This document shows positions 37,401-48,139 of a DNA stretch of 64,000 bases, one piece after another (the stretch's first letter is position 1; every line of letters begins with the position of its first letter). This DNA comes from Podarcis gaigeae. Its lineage: Eukaryota. Both the position numbers and the translations under genes were made by a program. The stretch is from the NCBI GenBank assembly GCA_964106915.2, contig OZ066915.1; one strand, given 5' to 3'. Under the pieces are notes generated by a model. The model had not been told where the DNA came from. It ran no database searches and was given only the letters and a program-made list of their open reading frames with translations.

Positions 37401-37543
37401 CTACCTACTATTTCCATGTAGTGGTATGCTCACTGAAAATCAGTACAACAGGCATTTCCATAAAATGTGGTGATCACACTGCAAAAGACTGTTGTTTTTA
37501 TTTTCCGTAGCAGTCCGATAAACATTAAAATAATCATAATCTA

Positions 37544-37892
37544 GGTAAAGGTAAAGGGACACCTCACCATTAGGTCCAGTCGCGAACGACTCTGGGGTTG
37601 CGGTGCTCATCTTGCCTTATTGGCCAAGAGAGCCGGCATACAGCTTCTGGGTCATGTGGCCAGCATGACTAAGCCGCTTCTGGCGAACCAGAGCAGTGCA
37701 CGGAAACGCCGTTTAACTTCCTGTCAGAGCGGTACCTATTTATCTACTTGCACTTTGACGTACTTTCAAACTGCTAGGTGGGCAGGAGCTGGGACCGAGC
37801 AACAGGAGCTCACCCCGTCACAGGGATTCAAACTGCCGACCTTCTGATCGACAAGCCCTAGGCTCTGTGGTTTAGACCACAGCACCACCCTC
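37544..37892 (-). mobile_element. Sauria SINE
   Basis: Homologous to the other two copies; TSD ATCATAATCTA at 37533-37543 and 37893-37903. Confidence 0.92.
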
Positions 37893-38930
37893 ATCATAAT
37901 CTATTCACAGTTAAAGGTGAATTTTCAGTGCAGTAACTATTTTGATAAAACAAAATGAATTATGAATGCATATTTATGCAAACATTGGAATTGGAAACAT
38001 TTCCCCTCCTTCAGGTCAGTTTGGCTAGTGGCCTTGAAGGCCTTTCCTTAACGTCTTATGTTTTGCTGTGTTTTTATATTTTGTTGGAAGTAACCCATTG
38101 TTGTTGTTGTTGTTGAAATATCCCTTCTTGAGGTAACACATCTGGAGAGAGGGGATAACTATGAAACACAGTTAAAAGCCCTATTGGCATTTGCCTCTAT
38201 AGGAAGAAGTCTGGCAAAAATTCGTATTCAAATATAGAAAGGGCAAGGTACCCAAAGAGCAAAAAACAAACCAGGATTACAAAAGAGTGGGGCCTTGCTG
38301 CTGCTTTATACTTTAAATAGGTGCAGCAATGTGAACGCTATAAATTTTGTGATTATACAGAAGGAGAGTGTACTGCCTCCAAATAAGGTATATTTTAAAT
38401 ATATATATATATAATATGGTGCAGCATGAAGACTGGAGAATTGTGACTCTTGTCACTAGCTGCATCACAAACAATATGCAAGATGAGCTTCACAAATTCA
38501 TGATGCACCTTGCAGTTCAGTAGCAATGAATAATACAAAGTATTAAATTTTCTCAGTTACTAAATATTAGGACTTGTATTTGTCTACATTCTGCAGTGGT
38601 GGTTGGAGATGGGAAGATAAGATTTAGCATCCTCCACATAGAACTGATAAAATCCTGTCCTTTTCTTGTAGCAGTCTTCAATACACAGTTGTTGAAAGTT
38701 GATTACAGTACTTGCATCTAATTAAGTATGCTGCTCTGGCCTGTTGCCACATTTGTCTATCCTTCTCTCTGTTCTCCTTTTATTAAGAACATTGTTGCTT
38801 TTTGATTATGTGTAGATTAAAGGAAACCATCAGACATAAATCTATCTGATGGATTCATTCTCTGCTTCGAGTATATTTTAGCTCAGTCTTCCCAGAGATA
38901 AACATTGACAACAATTTATGTACCATGCTT

Positions 38931-39005
38931 TTTCCATTCCTTTCCTTTCCTTTCCTTTCCTTTCCTTTCCTTTCCTTTCCTTTCCTTTCCTTTCCTTTCC
39001 TTTCC
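38931..39005. repeat. (TTTCC)n pentanucleotide repeat
   Basis: Read directly from the sequence. Confidence 0.97.
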
Positions 39006-39874
39006 TTTTTTTTGGGGGGGGAGGGTGGTGTCTGGTGGTATGCCCAAACATTATTGGCTTATGCTGAATGTGTAAAATGGAGTTCTTCTTGCCATTTCTC
39101 TTATTAAAGTTCCATTTGGGCACTTGAGTTCCATAGCCAAACACCTTGACCTTTGGCCAGGGAAAAGTGGAGAGAGGAATAAATAAAGGCACTGTACTGA
39201 GAGCTGGGCATGCAAAATAAACAAATGAAAGCAATCCTTCTCATTTCAAACTGGATTTCAAAAACTGGTTTGGGGAGGAAGTAGGGATGTTGTCAAGTTT
39301 GATAACAATAAACTTGGTAGAGGAGGATGAATGATCCGAACCTATATTGACTGGTGGTGTATGAGTACAGTGAATGAATTCATATCCTTCTTTACAGTTT
39401 CATTTTAGTTTTTCATTGATGCTGAATCCTTCTCCTGTAAAGAAATGGCCTGGCCTCAGTTATCCAAGCACTGGTAACATCCCATATGTCTTACTGCAGT
39501 GTGTTAGATAAGGAGGCTGACTTTGAAGTTTCTGTCAATGCTAATTACAGTAGCTGATTACTGAGCGAATCTAAGGTGTGTTCTGAAAGTATATGAGGCC
39601 ACAATAACTTGTGGAAGGTGAGGAGATCTGGGTCTGGCCAGTGTCTAAATGGAACCATGTGTATGCTGGCTTGGGTTCCATGGTAGAAGAAAGACTAATG
39701 CTAGAACAGAATACATTGGCTTGTAGTTCCCAGCCTGTTTCTCATACATTTCAAAGTATGTCAAAGCTGTAAATGACTTGGGACAAGCGTTCTTCAAAGG
39801 ACACTTTCGCGCACACGAACCTGTTCAGGCATTAAAATGTTTTCCAGAGGTCATTCTTCAGGTCACCAAGAGCA

Positions 39875-40229
39875 AGGTGGCCATGTGTCCTACTTCACAG
39901 TGGACAAATCTCTATTGGAAGGGCTGTCATAGGACAGTCATATGAACTGGTCCTCTATCTGAAGGGCTGTCCAGTTTAAGTCCAGTTTAATGATAAGAAG
40001 GGGGACAGCAGAGTGAGCAATCCACAGGTCATCTGGTCACAGTATTTTGCACTGTGGTGAAATGTACTTCTATTAAAATTATAGTAATTATTTCTAATTT
40101 TGCACCTTTATACCTAAATTAGTTTATATAATTTTTGTAAATCTGTGCCCTCTTTTAAGATCTCTCTCTCTCTCTTTTAAATGATTCATGTCCTGTTCTT
40201 TTTTTGGTGCTGTGTAAGTGGCCACCCTG
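39875..40229. mobile_element. Old hAT-Blackjack-like non-autonomous element
   Basis: AAGGTGGCCA ... TGGCCACCCT termini with TGTCC/GGACA subterminal motifs. Confidence 0.45.
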
Positions 40230-41267
40230 ACCCAGTGTAAGGCCTGTGACAAGGCCTTTTTGACTGGAGTTTAGTGCATGAAGTCTTCACAAAGTGCAGA
40301 AACAGGGACAGTGATTTACCAGGGACACCTAACAACAGCAACTAAAAGAGGGCTGTCTCTAGCAATATGGAGAGTATGCCTTTCTTAAATGTGATGTGAC
40401 CTTCGCAGCCTTAACTGTGTCAGGTTTTCTCATATAACTGTGTCTGGTACGGAGTTCCAAGATATTTTAAATTAATTGTCCACCTCAGGAACAAAGACTG
40501 TGTTGGATTGTTCTGAGGTTTTTCTTTCCAAGGTAGTGTGGGTGGGGAAATTTGTTTGAAAGAATGTATCCATGCTTCTATACTGTGGGAAGATTCATAT
40601 TAATATATATATGATCACGCGTTAGAGAGGCAGAGGCATTGCCAGTAGGTCATCTCATGTTTCACATCTGTAGTAATAATTTGTGTAGTAATTAAATGTA
40701 AGCTTTAGACCAGAACAGTCTACTATATTTTGAACCATAGAACAGACTTCTCTATCATGTGACTTCAGGCTATACCTCAGTAGTGTAAAGATCTCATTTG
40801 CACTTACTCTTAGTTTGTGGAAAATGCCGAATAGTGTGTGTGTGTTATTACAAAAATAAACAGATATATAATTTAGTTAAACAATGCCTGATTGGAGCAT
40901 AAATATCTTATTTGGCTGATACCCTAAACTCATTCATTGACATCAATGGGAACTTTTCTTTCCAGTCCTCTTAGCTCTGCAGGGACCACAATTTTCTTCT
41001 TTGTTCACAGGAAGGGGAGGTATAATTGAAGAAAAACCAGAGGCAAAGTCACCCTTTATGCATTGTGACATGTAGTTTGATCCTCAGAATAAAGTCCCCT
41101 TGAAACCAGTGGAGCATTTCCGGTAGAATATGATTAGGATATTAGATTGTATTTAATGTTGCTGTGTTGTACAACCAGTTTAATGCTCATTTATCAGTTT
41201 GGTTAAGGTGTTTCCTTTAAATACACTTCTGTAGCAGAGAGACATTAATTTAGCATTGTATTTTCAG

Positions 41268-41346
41268 GTTCGCATATTCACCTACTTGATAGGAAGAGAA
41301 GCTGCCTTTGCTGATAACCTCAAGTGGATGGCTTGTGCCAACAAAG
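41268..41346 (+). CDS. CACNA2D3: CACNA2D3 internal coding exon (human exon 12 equivalent), VWA-domain region, [26 protein letters not shown](G)
   Basis: Acceptor ttgtattttcag|GTT and donor AAAG|gtttgt; 79 nt, phase 0 to phase 1. The peptide matches alpha2delta-3 as recalled; paralogue CACNA2D4 reads [27 protein letters not shown]. Exon number is from memory of the human gene. Confidence 0.96.
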
Positions 41347-44300
41347 GTTTGTTAATTTTCCTTGCAAAATATGTTTATTTCCTCCTTCCGTGGTGGCTGT
41401 TCTTTCTCCCTGTAAAATCCTCTCTGTTCTCATTTTAACGCTTTGTTTGAAGGAAGACTGAACTGTGATCCCAATTATGGCATGCTAAAGGAGCACATCC
41501 CAGTATGGTTCAGTTAACTCTATGGTCTCACAATCTATGCACAAACCTGTATTTCACAACCCCACAGGTGGGTGCAAGAAGGTGGTACTTTCAGACTATT
41601 TCTGCAGAATTAGCTTGTAACCTTGTAAAGTGAACTAGAAGTGCTTTTAGAGGAAACAAATTCATTTGGTCACCACCCTTCATACCTACTGCAATGCATT
41701 CTGTGCAAGACTAGTACAGATGGCAGAAGCTCTTTCTAGTTGTAGTGAGAAAGCAGAAACTTTATCAGTCTACTCTGCAATACAGAGAACTGGCCCCTAG
41801 GAATAATTCAAGGTGCTGGATTTTTCTCAAAGTTAAGCATGGCTTGGGTACTGAGGTTTAAGAGCACCTCTCCCTGCAGGAGACCCTCATTAAGATTACA
41901 ATCCTGTGCATATGTATGTGTGAACACAGCCAGTGGGACTAAATAAACATGCAAAGAATTGTTTGAATCTGCCCAGTATATCTGGCTAATGCTTCCTTTT
42001 ATGAAGCAAGATTGTCAGGGAGAAATGGGACCTTTTCTGTTGAGGTTCCAGCTCTGTGGGATATCATACCCTAACAAAATATTCTTGCAGTTTTTGGAAG
42101 GCTGGCAAAATCTTTCCCCTTTTGATACATCTTTTAGGATGGCTGTTTAAAAGGTGTGTGCCTGATCTGTTTCTCTTAGTCCTCAGAACATAATTTGTAT
42201 TTTGTTTGCTTTAAACTGGTGCTGTTTTAATAAATGTTTATGTTAATCTACCTTGAACACTGGGGAAATTGGAAATAAATGAAATCTAGCAGTTCTATAG
42301 CGTAGAATAAAATAATGTAGCAATGAATGTCTTACGGCAAAGATGAATGACATCTCCTGTATTGTGTTCGATTACCATGAGAAAACGCCAAACACCCTGT
42401 AACAGGATGTGAGCTTTCTTCTGTTCAGTTTGTAGACAGGGTTTGGGGCACAGATAGGTGGACCGCAGTGCCCTTTTCCCACTCGTGGATTTTGCCCCTG
42501 AGGGTGTTGGAGGAATGAGCTACTTTCTGTATTACTCAGGAGTGGAGCTTCATTTTATGCTATGTGCAGACATGTCAGGTTGGCCGTGGTCTAATCACAG
42601 CGCAGTGATAGAAAGCTCTGGTGAAGCTATGATTCTTTCTGTCATTGCTTCATGTACTGAAGTTTTCCCACTCTTGCGTGTGTGTGCAGCACATGACATT
42701 CTAATGATTCACTTGAAGTACATCCATTTAGTCATGGATTATTGCTGTAACCGCTGTCTGTGCCCATCTGATGGAAATTACTCAATTTAAAGACTTGTCT
42801 TAATCAGCTAATATTGCGCTAGGATTTAGTCTTAGTCACCGTATAAGAATCCTTTGAAGCAAGTTTTTAAAAGACAGTTTCGTCAACAACAAAGTATGTT
42901 AGCTTTTCAGACAGTACATTACCCATGCTTCATAAAGATCTAACCGCAGCCATTCAGAAAGTTGGGCCATGAGGAGGTGGCTTCCTTCCTCTCTTCTAAT
43001 TTGGCATGTACTAGCCCAATCTCCAATAAATGGAAAAATAAAGAATTTTGTTGGTTGCCAAGAACAAATAGCATATATGGCTCTGCACCATATTTTTGTG
43101 GTCTTTGAAAGAACGCTCTTGTTATCCTAATGGTTTCTTTATCACTTCCTTTTTGACCTTATCCATGCTAAAAGCCCCCAGATAAGTCTCCCTGCCAGTT
43201 TAGTGTGTAAACACTTAATGACTGTAGGAAGCACTTGGAAATATGTTAGAAGGTTGCTAAGCAAATGTTTCAGTATTTCATCTTGAGATGGAGTGAAGTA
43301 GTCCTGTCTAAGGTTTCCAATACAATGTCTTATGAGACAATGCCCTAGAGCAGGGGCAGCCAAAGAGGTTTCCTGAAGATGCTGTTGGCCATGCTGAGAG
43401 GAGCTGGATGCCAACAACTTATGGGGCACATCACATAAACTACCCATGCCTTAGAATATTCTGGGATGCATTTTGGGCATTTGATATATTAGCAGAAAGG
43501 TGTACACGGTGTTGCTTTTTGACTTCTTCCAATCTCACACCACTCTGGTAACAACTAGATAGAGGAACCATGTGAGTGGAACTAAAGCAGAAACAAACCA
43601 CTATTCATTTAGATTGTCTACATTTCCTTTGCTTCACTGGTTAAACCAATAAGGTTTAGGGCAATTTGACAGCAGATACTCCACTGATTCTAATGATGCA
43701 ATACATTTGGTCTCAACAAAACTAGTGTTTGATTTCTGCTCTACAGTTAGATTAGATTTCATCAGATTCTTTTGATGCCTTTAATTGTTTTATTGATCTT
43801 GATTGTTACGTTGTCATTGTCTTTTGTAGTTATTTTATGGTAGAGAGCCATCTTGAGGTCAAAAGGCAAGGTAGAAATCTTTCAACAAAATCTTCCAATA
43901 ATCCTCTTTCTGTACCTGCATAAATCTCGGAAATTTATTCCAAAGCTAAAAAGAAAAAAGGAATTAGTGTAAGTCAGCAGAACCTTTTATTGTCGGTTTC
44001 ATTAACATCTCCATAAACCTTTGCTTAGAGTGTCAAGAGCAACATGAATTTATCTGCTACTCCATGTCATGTTAATTGAACTCTATCCCTATAGATGCTG
44101 CAGCAGCGTCACTAGCAAAAGATTCTTTCACTTATGGAATAGTAGGAGGGTATCCTTATTAGCTGAAGCACTGCTGGGTTCTTTATTTTGTGGGGTGGGA
44201 GAATGAAAGATAATATCAGCAAGAGAGGACTGAGACCTGGCAGTGCCTCTCTGCGGAGTCTCAGAAGGACTGCACTGCAGTCTAATTCTTGCATGGATGG

Positions 44301-45324
44301 GTAAGCCAAACCGTGTAGCTGTCATAGAGGTCATTGCCCCTAGAATCAATTTTCCTCATGGTGATTTTCTCCTTGGAAGCACACAGCAGAGATGGAGAGT
44401 GTTTGAAAGATTTCCAGCCGACTTGATTGTGGATAGTGAAATCCTTTCTCTGGAACTGGATCACGGTGGAATTTCACACACTGAAGGAGACCACCACCAG
44501 CTCCCGCTCCTACCGCAGCATGTTTCTCCCTTACATAAGTAGGCCATACCTTGAGGGAGCGTGGGCTTAATGAGGCAGAGCGGCAGCCCATTTTAAATAC
44601 ATTAAAACAGTCAAGACCCCAAAACCGCAACAGAATAGTGTATGAAAGTTTTCAACTATCTCCCTAGCAGTCTGTAGGAGAAGGCGCAAATTGTTACCTA
44701 GATCTTCAGAAGCACAAGTAACATTTTCCAAAGGTTTGGCTTGCCAAATTTTAAGGGATTCGGCCATGCCTCTCCCTCAACAGTCAATTACAACTGAAAG
44801 CTTGCCAGCTGTGAAAACAAAGGCGTACTTCAATGTTTTAGTTAGCCACAAACAAAAGAGCCAGTATTAGGCGAGTCTTTAAGAAAATAGTCTACCTCAC
44901 TATAGTAATTTGACAGTCCCTTCCCTTTAATGTTAGTTTATTTAAATATTAATTGTACACCATGTGCCTCACACTTTACATAACACTGATGAAAGAGGTT
45001 GAGAAAATTCATCAATACATCAGCCTGTGTGGGGACAAAATGGTGACAAGAGGCAGTTGAACCTCTGGAGTTATTATTAAGCTATTATATCACTAAGAAA
45101 TAACTAAAATATTTAGACCCACTGCTGTAGTATCCTAAATTGTGATGTTCTGCAGAGAATGGCTCACACATTTCAATGAAGGATGAAATGGCATGCTACC
45201 TGCATAAGTGTAACAAAGCAGGCACTGACTTTTTTCTGGAGAAAAGCGGTTATGGGAACACTTAGTTCTTTTTCTCACTGCTTTTCTGCTCCAAACTGTC
45301 ACTTGCCAGTTTACTGTCCATCTT

Positions 45325-45870
45325 ACTTATTTATTTACTGTATTTATTGGCAGCTCTAGATGTCCAGGCAACCTAAAAGAGATTACAAAAGTTAAATTTA
45401 ATTAATGGTAGAAAAAAAAACCCCAAACAACAAGAAAAAAGTAATACAGCATAAAAAATCAGACAGTCTTTGTCTAGCATGGAAAAGGGGCCATGTGAGC
45501 TCTAGGGAGCGCATTCAACAGCTGGCATGTCACCACTGAAAAGACCCTTTCACTTGTAGTAATCTGCTAAACCCACCAGGTGGGAAACTCGGATAAGGAC
45601 CTCTGAGGATCTTAAGGTCCAGGTAGATACAGATGTGAAGAAATGATCCTTACACTTCAAGCTGGGTTTGGAAATGGACTGCATGCCAGTGAAGATGATG
45701 AAGTGATTTACTCATATTTCCCCCTCCCCAGTTATCAATCTCACAGTTGTATTTTGAACTGATATAGGTTTCTGGACCTCTATCAGTTTCCCCACTTACA
45801 GCACAGTACAATAAACCAAGTAGGGGATTACTAGTACATAGGTGACTGAAACTAGGCTATTCCTTCCCAG
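45325..45870 (-). mobile_element. Old L2 LINE 3' fragment
   Basis: TTATT tail, CCACTGAAAAGACCC and GCCAGTGAAG motifs matching the L2 3' region. Confidence 0.55.
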
Positions 45871-45980
45871 GTAAGGCTGTACCAGCTCAAGCGGACCCAA
45901 TGGCAATCCAGGCAGTTTGTCTCCCCAATGACAAAGATGGATCAATGTGCACCCCCAGGCTATCAACCTGAATATGTAGT

Positions 45981-46335
45981 CCAGGGCTGGAGAAAACTCC
46001 TAAGGATGACATGCCTATGGTGGGCAGCAGGGCTAGAGGCAAAAGTGGGCATAACAACAGGTGTTTATTTTGAGCACCAGACTAGTTTCTACTTACACTC
46101 TCACACACCCCTCTCTATCTTCCATCCAGGCAAGCAAAAGTCATTATCAGAGTTCAAGGATACATTCCAGCCAGGCAAAAACACTCAAGGAGGGTGTGAA
46201 GCAAGGCTGGTGAGTGGTGTGTCCTGGGGAGAGGGGAATGTGGCTGGGGAGGGGCTGTGACCTGGGGAAGAGGCCCATGGGGCAGAAAAAGAGGCCTAGA
46301 AGGCTGTGTTTAGCCTCTGGGCTTGAAGTTCTCTT
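45981..46335. mobile_element. Old hAT-like non-autonomous element
   Basis: CAGGGCTGGAGAAAACT start and GAAGTTCTC end motif; G-rich body; no TSD resolved. Confidence 0.4.
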
Positions 46336-48005
46336 TAGCAAGAGTGAAACCCCCTCTGGAACAGGTTGAACACCACTTACCTGGCAGGTGAACCACCCAC
46401 TTGCATTGCCTCTGCCTTGTATGGATTGAGCTTCAGTTTGCTGGCTCTCCTCCCGACCTTTGCTGCATCCTGGCACTGACTTTGCACTCCCACTGCTCCA
46501 CCTGTGGCTGATGGAAATAAGTAGTGGAGTTGGGTGCCATCCACACATTTCCCTGCTTTGGTGCTTTTAAAATGAAAGGGGGTATGTGGGGGTATGTAAA
46601 TGGTTTAATAAACAAAACAAATAAATTTTGCTCAAACCAGTGGATGACCTCATTCAGCATTTCAAGTACCCTTGCCTCTGTATTAGTTCTCTACTCCAGA
46701 TCCTGCTCCTGAAACTACTTCACCTAAGAAAAACAACCATTGGGCTATTTTTTTTTTTTTACATGTCTGTGCCTTGCTTGCAATATGTGTGGTTAGCCCT
46801 TAAGCTTCCTTGCTGTAATAATGTCTGCAAGTACTGTGTGGTGTCTTTTTTCACAGCTGTTCTTTTCTGTGCAGAGACTGATGTGATGCTCAAAATTAAC
46901 AAAATCTCAGAACATGAAATTTACAAACACACACACACACACACGCACACACACAGTGCCAGATATCAACAAATGCACATAAACCAAAAAAAGTCTTTAA
47001 AATATCAGCATGAGCACTCCTAACAGAGGACTGGGCCACTCAGAGCAGTGGAGCTACCCAACACTTCCGAAACCTTGCCAACTTCTGGCTGGCACAGCAG
47101 AGAGGCTGAGATCAGGCTCTTCTCCAGCAAATAGACTTGTAGGCTCTGCCTTGACCCTGGAAAACCCCATTTGGGACCTTACTCTGACTACCACTGCTGC
47201 GCTGGCTTCACAATAGCTCACATCTGCAGTGGTCACAGCAGGGATTTTCATCATGATCGAGTCCCTCTGCCAGAGAAGGGATGCAAGTTCCAACTCCCAT
47301 TATAGATTGGGATTTAGGATTACTCCTAACATACAATAAACTTTGAGTTAGGATCACTCCCTAAGCCTAGTGATGCAGTCCACATAGTACTCTCAGTACA
47401 TAACAGTTATTTAGTTGGCTCAGCGGATAACTATGGACTGCACTGTATGTAGCATCTGGCCACTGCAATGGGCAGAAGAAGAAATTATGGTACTTGGAAT
47501 TCTGTATTCTGGTGAAGAGCAAGAATTGGATACAACCAGACATTTTTTACAATACCAGCCTTACGTTTGTGGTGCTGGGTACTTAGAATGGGGTGGGGGT
47601 AGGGGGAGGCTCTAAAAAGTTAATAGATCCCTAGTATTTTTAAAAAAGCATTTACCTTTAAGAACAAGCTTCTTCCACTTTTACTTTATCCTGAAGCTGA
47701 AAAATTGACTTGGAACCAAACAAATTAGGACAGGCTGTGCAATGGTGTATAACACTCTGAGGAATGGAACCTTTCAGGACTGACATATCATTTCACAGAC
47801 TTGTGCTTTCACAAATTAATGCGTGACAAGGCTTCTTCAGAATTTTTTTTTTCTTCAAGTCCACCCTCCTCCCCCCTTTCCCCTATTCCTTTCTGCGCAA
47901 ATAGAAGACAAGATGAGTGTAATTATTATGCATATTCTACGCTCCCCTCTGTCTGCATGGCCTCATGTTTCTCTCTCTCTCTCTGTGTTTTTTGAACTTC
48001 CGCAG

Positions 48006-48139
48006 GGTTTTTCACTCAGATATCTACTCTAGCCGATGTTCAGGAAAACGTTATGGAATATCTCCATGTGCTTAGTCGACCCAAAGTGATCGATCAAGAG
48101 CACGACGTGGTATGGACTGAAGCCTATGTTGACAGCACT
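48006..48139 (+). CDS. CACNA2D3: CACNA2D3 internal coding exon (human exon 13 equivalent), (G)[44 protein letters not shown]
   Basis: Polypyrimidine tract then ttccgcag|GG, donor ACT|gtaagt; 134 nt, phase 1 to phase 0. Splices in frame to the 41268-41346 exon (AAA G|GG TTT). Peptide is characteristic of alpha2delta-3. Confidence 0.97.

Noticed and set aside
44282-44767. Selenoprotein or read-through explanation for the in-frame stops
   Set aside because: The stops are mixed (TAA, TAA, TAG, TGA), not all TGA, and no SECIS was recognised.
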